Positions 10,045 to 22,382 of a DNA stretch of 37,626 bases are shown piece by piece (positions within the stretch are counted from its first letter, which is position 1; the number at the start of each line of letters is the position of its first letter). Both the position numbers and the translations under genes were made by a program. Below the pieces are notes generated by a model. It was not told where the DNA came from and did no database searches. It saw nothing but the letters and a program-made list of their open reading frames with translations. The DNA lies in contig NC_068988.1 of NCBI RefSeq assembly GCF_001194135.2, positions 85,213,451 through 85,251,076 of the forward strand, read 5' to 3'. The DNA comes from Octopus bimaculoides. Taxonomy: Eukaryota.

Positions 10045-11650
10045 ATAGACACTGCACAGTATACAATATCATGAGATTGTTGATTGAAGATATTGTGTCT
10101 ACCGGGGGCTTGTACTGTTTGTCAAGTCACAAGAAGTACCTCAGACAGACAGTACTTTACGCAATGTGTGTACAGTTCCAAGTAATGCCAGCCTTTGCAA
10201 TACATCTAGATTGTAGGGTATCTCTAAGGTTTTCAGTTGTTTTTTTCAGATTGGGTGGTACTGAACCCAATGCTTCAATGACAATAGAGATAACCTTTAT
10301 GTCCGACTCTCGTAGCTGCCACATCTTAGCAATCTCAATTCTCAGGTCTCCATATTTATCAACTTTTTCTCTTTCTTTCATGATGATATGTTGATCTCCT
10401 GGCACTGCTACATCGATTATTAGACACTCTTGTTTGTCCTTCTTAAAGGTTACTATATCCAGCCTTCGGTGCTCTAACACTTTGTCTGTCTGGAAATCCA
10501 AGTCCTAGAGGATTTTTGCCTTCCCCTTTTCATCCATTACCTTTTCCGGTGTATGTTGGTACCAAGCACCCATAACCTCATATCCATACTTACGGCATAG
10601 TAGCCAGTGGAGGTTTTGGATTACTTTGTTGTGTCTGCACTTGTACTCTTTCTGAACAAGACTTTCATAAGCACTAACAATGTGAGTCGCAATTTCGACC
10701 ATCTTCCCACACATTCTGCAGAGGTCCGATGCACTTGTGTGGTATATATTCTTTTTCACTGAGTTGGTATTCAATGCCTGGCCCTGGGCCGTGATGATTA
10801 GGCTTTCAGTATTCTTTTTTAGGTCATCCTTGTTGAACCACCACCATGATGCTTCCAGGTCTTTTAAGTTGTTGGTTTCACAGTGGAACTGACCATGTAA
10901 TTCCATACAGAGTAGGATTTCTTCTCTCTCATTGGCTTCTCTTGTTTGGAATTCATTAAGTCTCTCAAGTCCATTTTTGTTAACTCCTTCTGCATTAGCA
11001 GCATACTGTAGCAGGTCTTTGCTGCTTACCAAATATTCTGCTATGTTTCTTCTTTCACTATTGATGCACTCCCGTACTCTAATCAGCCCATGTCCAACCT
11101 TACCTCTCTCCAGGTAAAACTGTGTACATTTACCTTAGGGTGGAGGACACAATGCATTGTCATTGTCTTTTGGGTAGTGCGATCGAGTTGGTCAATCTCT
11201 GCTTGTGTTCATCTCAGGTTGGGTGCCCTATAGCGAACTACTGTAACAGCCCATATGTAGATGACAGTCACAAGGTTCCTTGAGTTGAGCTTTGATTTCA
11301 AGAGAAGTTTAAGGTGCTTGAAATATGCAGTGATGACCTTGTCTTTCATTTCTGTGTGCAAGATATTGTCCAGCTCCAGGATCCCAAGGTACTTGTAGCC
11401 ATCATCATCTGGGTCTTCCATTCTCACCCCGTTTGGCAATTCTATGCCCCTACAATTTACTCTTTTCCCCTGCTTCAAAGTAAGCACTGCACACTTCAAG
11501 ATACCGAATTCCATCCCTATATCCTTGCTGCACATTTGCACAGTCTCAACCAGCCTCTCCATTTCAGGCTTTGTTTTTGCAAAGTTTTAAATCATCCATG
11601 AAGAGAAGGTGGTTGAGACGAGGTCCGTTCTTTCTCAGCTCATAATGCAC
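10045..11650 (-). mobile_element. 5'-truncated, inactivated R4/Dong-type non-LTR retrotransposon (RT C-terminus, CCHC knuckle, restriction-like endonuclease)
   Basis: Minus-strand frames give NHLLFMDDL (RT motif), GYKYLG, CRMCGKMVEIATHIVSAY (last Cys lost), RHNKV, RRLDIV..IIDVAVP..KVDKY (PD-(D/E)xK with P>L). Stops and frameshifts are present. Confidence 0.88.
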
Positions 11651-11929
11651 GTAGAATAAAATGCTGAGAAGCAATTGTCCATCAAATACCAGTTGTGCTC
11701 TGGGTCGATGTAATTGACTTAGCCCTTCCCTTTAAAATTAGGCCTTGTGTCTATAGTAGAAAGGAATGCTGTTGTTGCTGTTATTATTGTGTTGATAACT
11801 GTTGCTGCAAAGAACACTGGATTGGCAGAAACAGTACAGCATTTATGAAAGTACATTGTGGTATTTAGAGACATTCCTTTCCATCTTATGTTCAAATTTA
11901 TCTGTATTTGACTTTGCCTTTTAGGGAAC

Positions 11930-12443
11930 CCGTGGAAGAGGTAGGCCCAGGAAGACCTGGGCTGAGGTGGTGAGGCAAGACCTTCGTACATTGGGCCTCA
12001 CCGAGGCGATGACTACGGACCGAGACCTTTGGAAATGTGCTGTGCGTGAGAAGACCCGGCAAGCCAAGTAAGATCGTTGCCAGTGCCCCTGGACTGGTTC
12101 TTGTGCGGGTGGCACATGAGATGCACCATTTTGAGCGTGGCGGTTGCCAGTACCNNNNNNNNNNNNNNNNNNNNNNNNNNNNNNNNNNNNNNNNNNNNNN
12201 NNNNNNNNNNNGGCACATAAAAGACACCATTTCGAGCGTGGCCGTTTTCGTGCGGGTGACACGTAAAAGCACCCACTACACTCTCTGAGTGGTTGGCGTT
12301 AGGAAGGGCATCCAGCTGTAGAAACTCTGCCAAATCAGACTGGAGCCTGGTGTTGCCATCCGGTTTCACCAGTCCTCAGTCAAATCGTCCAACCCATGCT
12401 AGCATGGAAAGCGGACGTTAAACGATGATGATGATGATGATGA
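11930..12443 (+). mobile_element. RTE LINE 3' end, young-looking copy
   Basis: Uninterrupted RGRGRPRKTWAEVVRQDLRTLGLTEAMTTDRDLWKCAVREKTRQAK*, then a 3' UTR with tandem ggcac..aaaag.cacc units and a (GAT)n tail. Confidence 0.85.
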
Positions 12444-14470
12444 CTTTCAGGGTTAATTAATTAAATATCAATTCAATCAAATTGATTATGCATTCTTCAC
12501 TTCACAAACTGTGATAGTGTGTGGCTTAGATTTTCAGCTTGGGTAGTGCATTGCGTCCTTCAGCAAGGCTCTTCATTTCACATTGTCACAGAATACTCAA
12601 TGGTACCTGAGGCTTGACTTTGCTAGAGTCCCTTTAAGAGAGAGATGGAGGAATATCAGCCTGAATGCCTTGAAAATTCAGATAAGCTCCAGCCTCATGA
12701 GTCTGTAGGCTTCAGTTGGAAGCAGACTTAACTTCTCAGAAAATGGAAAAAGACAAAAATAATAATACAAATTAAAACATTTTTGGCTAGTGGCTGTGTT
12801 AGAAATATACTGTAAGTCTAAAGATACATCTTCTAAGCTCTCATTGGTTATGTGGATACTTTGTAAATATCTTATGAAGTGATGACTGTGCCCTGCATTG
12901 TTACAGGCTGCCCTTTGGCAAGGCATACTACCCATTCAGTCACCCTGCCTGGGATACAGCAAAGTCATGGACTGCAGTATAACAGACTGTGATGAGGTGG
13001 TAGAAGAGCTCAAATGAGCCAACTGTGGTTCTTATATTGATGTTGAGCAAAGAAATCCTAGAAGATCAACAGTCAGGATCACCAAGCTCTATCAAGAGAG
13101 TAATTGCAACACATCCATTGGGGTGGCATCCATGGCTGTGTAATCAGTCAATGAAAGATTCTCTATGACTCAAGCTTCCAATTCAAATTCATAATAATGG
13201 AATTGTATGGCAACAGAGTCATGGGAATCCGTGGATGCAGTGGAAAAAAAAAAAGGTTTCAAAAGGCTTTTAATGATGGCAGATTCTTCTGTGGATCTGT
13301 TTTATGATACGATACAGGCGAAGGAGAAATTTCCCCACTGGAAGCAACACCAGTCTTTCTTAAGTAGTGTTTGCACTACTGAACTGGTCCAAATTCTCAG
13401 CAACTACTACATGAGCAGAAGCAATGTAGAATTTGATGTTCTGTTGAGATCTCCACCAGATGTAAACTCATGACCTATCAGTTAGTAGTTCACTGCCTTG
13501 TCTAGTCAGCCATCTTGTCTAGTCAGCCATCTTGTCTATATACTGGGTTACACAGTCTGTAGTCCTGTACAGAGAACGTAACACTTCTTCCTTTACTGTC
13601 AGAGCATAATACAATGTACCAAATGTATTTGTCTACCAAAAATATTTCTGTGGTGTTGCTGTCTCCATGGTGATGGAGGAGAGGAGGTCATTGCAAATTA
13701 ATAAAGCTCTAAATTATAAAACAGTATTTAATTTATAGGCTGACAAACGTTGTTAAGTGGAGATAATGAAAACATTAAGATAACTTGTCTGAGTGACAGA
13801 TAAGTGGTTTTTCTGCCTGACACTTTGTAAATTAGTACAGTACATGGTAACTGAGATGAGATGGTGACGAAGAACATTTAATAATGTAGTACCTAGATTA
13901 TTTATTAAAAAAACTGTTTAGTCAGCAATGAAACCTCTTTGTAGCTGCTCAGTATGCTTGAAATAGCAATTAAATTGCCCTCAATCAAATGATTTAATGT
14001 CTTTAACATAAGTACAGAACAAAATATCAAGGTATTACTCATTGTACTACCAATTTCTACCAGAATGGACACCCTTCTGTGTTTAGTCTGGTTGGCAGGT
14101 CTCACAGGTCAATGAGGGAGTCTGTATGTAATCATTTGATCTGGTAGATATAAGAGCCAAATTTGCCTTAAGAAACTCCTAGTTATCTTAGAAACCAGAT
14201 GCATTATAGTCAATAAGAGAAGTTCTGTATTGTTGTTGTTGTTTAACCCCAAATCATCCCTGATCCAATGGATCAAAGGCATTCAAGTCAGTCTTTCTTC
14301 CTCAGAAATAGTATATCCTAGATTACATAACACACATATCTTGGATTACATTACACACAGTATCATTTTATTGCATTGGTAACATGTAATTTGAGGGAGA
14401 TTTGATTGATATTTCAAGCAAATCAAGTAACCACATGGAGGTTCCTTTGTTGGTTTACTTCTATCTAGTC

Positions 14471-14783
14471 CAGTAGTTCTCAACCATTTTTTATCTATGG
14501 GCCTCTTTGATTACTATTTTATTCTGGTGGACCCCCATTGCCATTCGATGTTTATAAACTAGTTTTATAGGTCTTTAAAAATTCCTATTTTGCTTTTCAT
14601 ACTTTAATTTCTGTAGGTGTTGCTATATAAAATATTAGAGAAAGAAATATAGCTTTTTCTTGCAACAAATACATCCAAAATAACATTTTCATGGACTCTT
14701 AAGATACTATGGTGGATCTCCAATGAACTATTTCGCTTGCATGGATCCCCAAAGTTGATATAGAACCCAGTTGAGAACCACTG
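14471..14783. mobile_element. hAT (Charlie-like) MITE
   Basis: TIRs cagtagttctcaacc / cagttgagaaccactg. The 8-bp flanks atctagtc and atctaatg look like a decayed TSD. Confidence 0.65.
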
Positions 14784-14955
14784 ATCTAATGACTTGTCCT
14801 GTATGATATAACATGATATAATGGTTAAGAGTGACAACTAAACCTGCCCTCATCAAACTTCTTACCATCTTTAAAATGAGTCACTGAACCACACTGCCAA
14901 TGGAGAAAATAGATTGCATTGCATTGTATTGTATTTATTCTCTTCAATACAATAG

Positions 14956-14994
<39 letters not shown>

Positions 14995-15201
14995 AAGGTT
15001 ATGAAGGGTATTGGAGTCAACAAAACCCTAAAGATACAGGTAATACCGAGTAAGTGCTGTATACCGACTAGTTTTGCACCTGTCGTTGTAGCAACATGAG
15101 TAGGGAATATAACATAGGTCGTGTATTAGCGTGTGTATGTATAAAGAGAGAAAAGGATAAAGAGACCAATGGCAAAGTTAGAATTATATTTTATGGATAA
15201 A

Positions 15202-15250
15202 GTCTTACAGCTGTTTCAGGGAAAATCCAATGTATCCCTTCATCGGAGAC
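15202..15250 (-). ncRNA. identical mirror hammerhead-like motif (sense in the IFT74 pre-mRNA)
   Basis: Exact reverse complement of 15311-15359. Confidence 0.6.
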
Positions 15251-15310
15251 GGTAATAGTAGAAGAATGGATTATTACATCGATGTAATAATCCATTTTTC
15301 TACTATTACC

Positions 15311-15359
15311 GTCTCCGATGAAGGGATACATTGGATTTTCCCTGAAACAGCTGTAAGAC
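15311..15359 (+). ncRNA. type I hammerhead ribozyme-like motif, dimer-type stem III, U4C core variant
   Basis: GTCT-CCGATGA-AGGGA(12-nt loop)TCCCT-GAAA-CAGCTG-TA^-AGAC. Stem I is GTCT/AGAC, and ACAGCTGT is palindromic. Predicted site GUA at 15353-15355. Confidence 0.6.
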
Positions 15360-15469
15360 TTTATCCATAAAATATAATTCTAACTTTGCCATTGGTCTCT
15401 TTATCCTTTTCTTTTTTTATACATATACATACATATATACATATTTATATATATATATATATATATATA

Positions 15470-15838
15470 TTGGGTAGGGGGGAATAGTCAATTACATTGG
15501 CCCCAGTGCTTAACTAACTCTGAAAGAATGAAAGGCAATGTCAACCTTTGTGGAATTTGAACTCAGAATGTAAAGACAAATGAAATACTGTAAGCATTTT
15601 GCCTGGCTTGCTAACAATTCTGCCAGCATGCCACCTTAATAATAACAATGATCTCAAACTTTGGCACAAGGCCAGCAAGTTTGGGGGAGTGGGTAAGTTG
15701 ATTGCACCAACCCCATTACTCAACTGGTACTTATTTCATTGACCCTGAAAGGATGCAAGGCAAAGCCAACCTCAGTAGAATTTGAACTCAGAACAGAAAG
15801 GCATGAAATGCAGCTAATAGTTCTGTAAGCTTGCTAAT

Positions 15839-15900
<62 letters not shown>

Positions 15901-16118
15901 CCTTTCTACTGGAAGCACAAGGCCTCAAATTTATGGGGAGGGAACTAGTCAATTACATCAACCCCCAGTGTTTCACTGGTACTTAATTTATCAACAACTC
16001 CGAAAGGATGAAAGGCAAAGTCGACCTTGGCGGAATTTGAACTCAGAACATAGTGACAGGCGAAATACTATTAACCATTTTGATCAACATACTAACAATT
16101 CTGCTAGCTCGCTGCCTC

Positions 16119-16125
<7 letters not shown>
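15470..16125 (-). mobile_element. three head-to-tail major-family SINEs with (AAT)n spacers
   Basis: Repeated gaaaggatgaaaggcaaagtc..cct...gaatttgaactcagaa, with long (AAT)n at 15838-15900 and 16120-16155. Confidence 0.8.
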
Positions 16126-16159
<34 letters not shown>

Positions 16160-16242
16160 CAACAACAACAACAAGATCAAGAATATAATTTTTAAAAAAT
16201 TTCAAAAAAGCTGGAAAAGATATAATGTTACTATAGACTGAC

Positions 16243-16300
16243 CTCCTCCAGAGATTAAATGGTTCCCGACACGACCACCACTTCGAGATGCACTTGGGTT
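16243..16300 (-). CDS. IFT74: IFT74 N-terminal tail exon (58 nt), NPSASRSGGRVGNHLISGG
   Basis: tcttctgtttcccacag|AACCCAAGT...GGAGGAG|gtcagt. Phase 0 in and phase 1 out join the flanking exons in frame. G/R/S-rich like the IFT74 tail, but sequence similarity is weak. Confidence 0.78.
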
Positions 16301-16494
16301 CTGTGGGAAACAGAAGATATGAAAAATACATGAGTATAGCAAATAATATTTTAGACTAAAACTTAGATTTATTAGTTTGATACCACATGTGGGTACATAA
16401 AACACACACAATCTAAAACATGTTTGTGTGTGTATAGACACACATATAGATACACACATGCATGCAGACACACAAACATAGAATATATATAGGT

Positions 16495-16533
<39 letters not shown>

Positions 16534-16970
16534 AACCAATACTTTGGAGTACCTTAATTCTTGGTTTGGTTAGTGCTTTCGGATTATCTTGTTATTGGAT
16601 TACCATGATTATGTCAATTCTTCATCCTTTATAGATATACATACATACATATATATACTCACATACATATACACACACACACACACACTCAAGCATGTAT
16701 ACAAATAAACACATACATATACATGTTTTCCTCATATATGCATGCACACACACACTAAGTCATGCCATTATATTTATACACAGGTACATACACACACTAT
16801 ATGCGTATGTGTGTAGATAGATAGAAAATATATATATGTATTTATGCACAGATGTACCAACATATATACATAGACATACACATTATATCCATCTATCAAT
16901 ATATATATATATCTTTATATATCTATATCTATATTTACACAGATGTGTGTGTGTATGTATGTGTGTATGT

Positions 16971-17005
<35 letters not shown>

Positions 17006-17249
17006 CATGCATATTCTTTTATCAAACCATGTAAATTTAGCAACCCAAAGATGTCGAACACAGCTGTAACTGAAGGATGGCTGACTGGTTGTTCGGCGCC
17101 ATAGATGGAATTGTTGGCCATCCAAGTGGTGCTGGTGTTTGTGGTGGTCATTCTTGGAGTGTCTCTCAGGCCTTGTCATGGCTGGTCAGTACATGAGGCA
17201 GCAATGTGTTGAACAACATAACATGCTCTATCTTGTTGATGTTTCGTTG

Positions 17250-17940
17250 TCATCATCATCATCATCAACATCATCATCATCATCACCATTATCCTCATGC
17301 TCATCAACATAATCACTTCCACATAATCATCATTGCCAGCTCCATTACTGTCACTACCACTTTGTGTCATCATCATCATCATCTTCATCATCAAAATTAT
17401 TAATTACCACCACCATCACCACCATCATTGTCATTATTCTCATCACTTATACAAACACAGCCCCTGAAACCATCACCATTACTGCAATCATACATGCCAG
17501 AGTGATAACCATAGCAGCTCCCCCTCCTCCTCCTCCTCTTCCTCCTCCCCCCCCACCACCACTCTTATCACTGTTACTCACCCTCACCATTATCTACACT
17601 ACCACATCTACAATGTACAGTCAATGCCACTGTCACCACCACCACCACCACTAACACCACTGCCTTCACTAACATCATCATTACCATCAGAGCATCCAAC
17701 CTCTATGACAACTACTACCACCACCACCACCACCACTTACCTTCTCACCATTATGACAGTCATATACCTCCACCATTATCTACTCTACCATATCCACAAT
17801 ATACAGCTGTTACCACCACTACTACTACCACCACCACAATCACCTTAACAACTACTACTTCCACTAACATCACCACTATTGCCATTACAGCAGCAGCGCT
17901 ACTGCTGCCGCTGCCATCACCACAGCCACCACCATCTTGC
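17250..17940. repeat. degenerate (CAT)/(CAC)/(CCT) low-complexity tract
   Basis: About 700 nt of mixed trinucleotide repeats. Source of the poly-H/T/P/M ORFs. Confidence 0.9.
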
Positions 17941-17954
17941 ACACCATCTCACCC

Positions 17955-18200
17955 ACCAATGCTCTTTTCTTATTTCTTTACTGCCCACAAGGGGCTAAAC
18001 GCAGAGGGGACAAACAAGGACAGACAAACGGATTAAGTCGATTAGACCAACCCCAGTGCTTAACTGGTACTTATTTAATCGACCCCGAAAGGATGAAAGG
18101 CAAAGTCAACCTCAGCGGAATTTGAACTCAGAACGTAGCGGTAGACAAAATACCGCTAAGCGTTTCGCCCGGCATGCTAACGATTCTGCCAGCTCGCCGC
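17955..18200 (-). mobile_element. major-family SINE, near-consensus copy
   Basis: Full head-core-tail: gctggcagaatcgttagcatgccgggcgaaacgcttagcgg...tttgtctgtccttgtttgtcccc on the minus strand. Confidence 0.85.
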
Positions 18201-20143
18201 TTTTCTGCTATACCACCACTGCTGCTATCATCATCATCATCGTCGTTAGATCTAGTCCTTGCCCATAAGTAACAAGGCCCAGTTTTAACATTACCAGCCT
18301 GATCTGAGAAGCTAATATCAACCAGTTGTTCACAGGGACCAGCAACAGACTACTAGTGTTAACGGAGATACACTAGTAAAAGTGGCAAGCAGGTAGAACC
18401 ATTAGTATGTTTGGCAAAATGCATAGCAGCATTTCATCCATCTTTATGTCCTGAGTTCAAATGCTGCCGAAGTTGATTTTGCCTTTCATCCTTTCGGGGT
18501 TAATAAATGGTGGGGATGCCCTTCATAACATGAATCATTTTAGAGAGCATACTGGATGCTTTCTACTGAGTAACTTGCATGACAAAGTCTCATCAACTGA
18601 GAGGTGAGTGGAATTGAGGGTGGTGGCTTTGTGCCAGGCAATGAGAGGTTAAGCTATGACAGAGGAACAGAGACAGGTGTCTTGCTGTAGAGGAGATACA
18701 TGGCTACCCCAGTCAGAGAGAGAGGGGGGGGGAGATGAGATGGTGGTGATGTGCTAGGGTGTACCCTCAAGGTACAAAAAGTGAATGTAAGTGGAGTGGT
18801 ACAGTGGATTGGATAAGGAGAGTGGGTAGGGAGTCTAGGAGAATGTAAAAGGGAGAGGGAGAAATGTGTAAATGTGCTTTTTAATAAAACAAAACATTGC
18901 TCAATATAAATGAAAATAAAACAAGGCAACACAATACCATAGAACAATAAGTAAAATGTGGCAGGATCAAATACTTGGGCAATAACTTTAAGCAAATAAA
19001 TGTAAAAGAAGAATATATTCGCTTATTTGGAAAGTTGAAAGACAAAAGAGAGAAGTGTTGTGACTGTGGTGGGTGTGAATTGACAGGAGTTGTTACAGTT
19101 ATACAGCCGTGTGTCAAAGGAGAGAGTGGTGATGGTGATGGTAGTAGATGGTACAATACTGTTGTTCCATTCTATAAAAGTGAGTTTCCATCATCACCAT
19201 CATTATCCTCCTCCTCATCATCATCATTATCTTACATCCATCTTCCATGCTGGCAGGGGTTGGATGGTTTGACAAGATCTGACAAGAGCTGGAGGAGTAT
19301 GTCAAGCTTCAATGTCTGCTTTGGCATGCTTTGTATAACTGGATGCCCCTTCTTAACACCAACCATTTTATAGAGTGTACAGGGTGCTTTTTGGTGGGAG
19401 ACCAGAGTAAATGAGATTGCTAAGGATCTTACAAGACAAAAATACGTTGATTGAATGGGCTTGTAGAAGTGAGAGTGAGGTGGCTTAATACCAGGTGTCT
19501 TGCTCTAGAAGAAATACATGACTACTTTTCATTATATAGGACTACATAGAAGATAGAGATGTTGGTGATGGGACGGCAGAGCATATCATCAACATATGGC
19601 CTGGCTCTCCGTTGGTTATGACAAGTGTTCCAGTTGACACAATTGATGGAAATGCCTGTTCGTGAAATTAATGTGCAAGTGGCTGAGCACTCCACAGTCA
19701 TGCGTACACTAAACATAATTCTCAGGGAGATTAGTGTGACAGAGAATGTGATAAGACTGGCCCTTTGAATTACAGGTACAACTCATGTTTTGCCGGCTGG
19801 TGTAGATTGGAGCAATGTGATGGAGTAGCATGTGGTCCTTTTCATGTCAACATCTAAGTTGATGAGTATAAGAAAGAATATGAACTAAGAACGGGGAGGT
19901 GTATGTGAATAAGTTCAAAGGAGTATGAAAAGGAGAATGACAAGTGGTTAACAATGGAGGTAAAGGTTGAAGCAATGAATGATGTACAAGAGTGGCGGTA
20001 TGGACAACAATAAATATCAGTATAGAGGTGAAAGAAATAACTCAGAAAGGAGGAGGTGATAAATTGTAGTACAGGGAAGTGGGTGAGAGCAGTAGTATAA
20101 TATAATAAACCTGTAGATAAATTAGAAATAAGGAAAGCTTGGG

Positions 20144-20251
<108 letters not shown>

Positions 20252-20434
20252 TGGACAGGAGCAGGATGGAGGGTCAGCTCTCTCCTGTTTCAAATTAGTA
20301 CACAATGATGCATACCATTTACAATAAAATATCAGCTGTTTATCTATTTAGAAACCTCATAAATTTCTAAAGGATGTGGAAATAGCAGACGACCAAGGTA
20401 GACATAGCAGACAGTGAACTGGAACAATACTTAC

Positions 20435-20481
20435 CATCGCTGTAGTCAGTCGCGTAGCAGTACCTGGCTGTCTTCCAGCGG
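20435..20481 (-). CDS. IFT74: IFT74 N-terminal tail exon (47 nt), SAGRQPGTATRLTTAM
   Basis: ttcctttctcaag|CCGCTGGAAGA...GCGATG|gtaagt. Resembles the IFT74 GRPP..R..TAM segment. Phases fit both neighbours. Confidence 0.8.
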
Positions 20482-20899
20482 CTTGAGAAAGGAATAAACA
20501 TGACATCAGGTATTTTTGCAAGAAACTTATTTAATGAACATAACAGAAATCAAAGAGTATTAAGCATGTACCATCTAACCCTTATACAAAAACTGAGTTG
20601 ATTGATCATTCTACCAATTTTGTGTTAAGCTGGTGAAAAGACAGAGTTAATCTCTTCAATCGGGATTTGGATATTGGTTTTAGGAAAATGAAAATAACAG
20701 GGTCCAATGACAAGTCTGTGGTAGTAAGTGGAGTACAACAAAACACCAGCATTCTAGCTCTTTTGCTTTTCATAATGTTGTCAGATATAGACAAAAATAT
20801 ACAACCAGCCAAACCCAGTCACTAAAGTGAAGTCAAAAATGAAAACACAAATGATATGTGTACCAATGAAACTTAACTGTCATATACAATTCAGCAGAT

Positions 20900-21420
20900 G
20901 ACAATAACATGTTGTCCAATATCACAAAACTCCATACTCCCCATTCAGAAGATCCTCAACAAAATATTCTATCATGCTCCAAGCACAGAAACAATTAAAA
21001 ACTCTAAGCTTGTTCTCATGGCCTGGATTTAGCAGAAGAATGTCTTTCGAAATATATTTACAGATTCTCAACATCCTGTTGACAGCTCAGTGGTAGGGTA
21101 CTATTAAGCATTTAGTATGAGAGACCTGATGGCGATGTTGTCTGAGCTGACAACTGCTGCTAGAGGTCCAAGCTTTATCTGTCAACTGAACAGATTACAA
21201 AAAACATTCACTAAAGAAAATAAACAAATATGGAGACCTTAACCACAGGGAACACCTCTGCACATTATGTCTTTACTCTTTATAATGCTGGTGGGAATGA
21301 TATGCCATAATTTGTATGAAGAAGATTGTCAATGCCTTGTTCCAAACATCAGTATACAAGAGGGAAAATATAAGTGGAATGGGAGACACAATTAGATCTC
21401 AACACTCCCTTTCTCAAACT
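20900..21420 (+). pseudogene. decayed CR1/L2-type LINE ORF2 3' fragment
   Basis: QKTFTK and DLNHREHLCTLCLYSL*CWWE*YAIICMKKIVNAL match the L2/CR1 pattern QR.FTK.I.G...L.Y.ERL..L.LYSLERRRERY.II...KI. Confidence 0.55.
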
Positions 21421-21901
21421 CTTGTATCAAGAAGCTATAACAGTAGCAGTTTTGTCATTTAAAAAATAGGTGTTCAATTTCTGAATGTTGAGTAAACAGC
21501 TGCAAAGCATTAAGTGATAAAATTTATGCATAAAAAACATCGTATAAAAATGGGAATTAATAAATTTTCTGGAAGTCTGGTATTGAAACAGCTGTAAGAG
21601 ATGTTTGTCAATTTTTTTTATCAATAAATAATAATTTATTAATTACCTCTCTATTTTCTCATCTTATTATTATAATAAATAAATATATATAAACCACGGT
21701 TTATATAGTTACCTTGTAGTTGAGTATTAAATGTAATGTTCAATATTCTTTGCATAGGTAACTAACCAGTACTCTCATAGAATTTTGCTATCCCAGAATG
21801 AGGTTTGTAACCTTTANNNNNNNNNNNNNNNNNNNNNNNNNNNNNNNNNNNNNNNNNNNNNNNNNNNNNNNNNNNNNNNNNNNNNNNNNNNNNNNNNNNN
21901 N

Positions 21902-21930
<29 letters not shown>

Positions 21931-21932
<2 letters not shown>

Positions 21933-22085
21933 GAGAATATACGAAAAAACAACAACAGACGAGGACAGGTGGTGTAAATAACAAAAGGATGTATTAGTAT
22001 GACGCTCGGGAATACGGAAAGTCTTTGACGTTTCGAGCTACGCTCTTCAACAGAAAGAATACGGAGACAAGGAGAAAAACACGGA
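21931..22085 (-). mobile_element. Penelope-like pseudo-LTR remnant with hammerhead-like motif (22022-22058), ending at (TA)n
   Basis: Minus strand TCTTT-CTGTTGA-A-GAGC(GTA)GCTC-GAAAC-GTC^-AAAGA, then a ttcccgagcgtc...taataca tail running into (TA)n. Confidence 0.55.
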
Positions 22086-22164
22086 GAAAAAAAATTGAAT
22101 AGTGTTCAGTCAACGGTCAATCATAATAATGGCTGACCATATACATACATGTGTGTGTGTATGT

Positions 22165-22382
22165 TTTCGCGTCTGTTTGTCTCCCCACCTCACCCCAATC
22201 ACCGCTTGATAATGAGTGTTGATGTATTTATGTTCCCGTAACTTTGCCGTTCGGCAAAGAAAGACCCGATTGAATAAGTACCGGGTTTTAAAAAGTAATT
22301 CTTGGGATCGATTCATTCTGCTAAAATTCTTGGAGACGGTGCCCTAGTATGGCCGCAGTCTAATGATTGAAACAAGTCAAAG
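22165..22382 (+). mobile_element. SINE-like repeat, third family
   Basis: tgtttgtctcc...accgcttga...cccgtaact..gc.gttcggcaaa...aataagta...ggccgcagt. Other copies at ~28480-28850 (+), ~30175-30360 (-) and ~32770-33000 (+). Confidence 0.7.

Larger units (their letters stand above)
14990..15425. mobile_element. Penelope-like pseudo-LTR remnant with an inverted partial copy (palindrome 15136-15425), flanked by (TA)n
   Basis: Loop-less palindrome centred on 15280/15281, with a hammerhead-like motif in each arm. (TA)-rich tracts lie at both ends. Confidence 0.55.

Noticed and set aside
12880-13480. ORF 13207-13473 as a host gene
   Set aside because: No splice structure. The opposite strand has faint RTE-like wording, so it is probably an old LINE relic, too decayed to call.
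17176-17942. Poly-His/Pro/Thr/Met ORFs
   Set aside because: Translations of trinucleotide low-complexity DNA, with no splice signals or homology.
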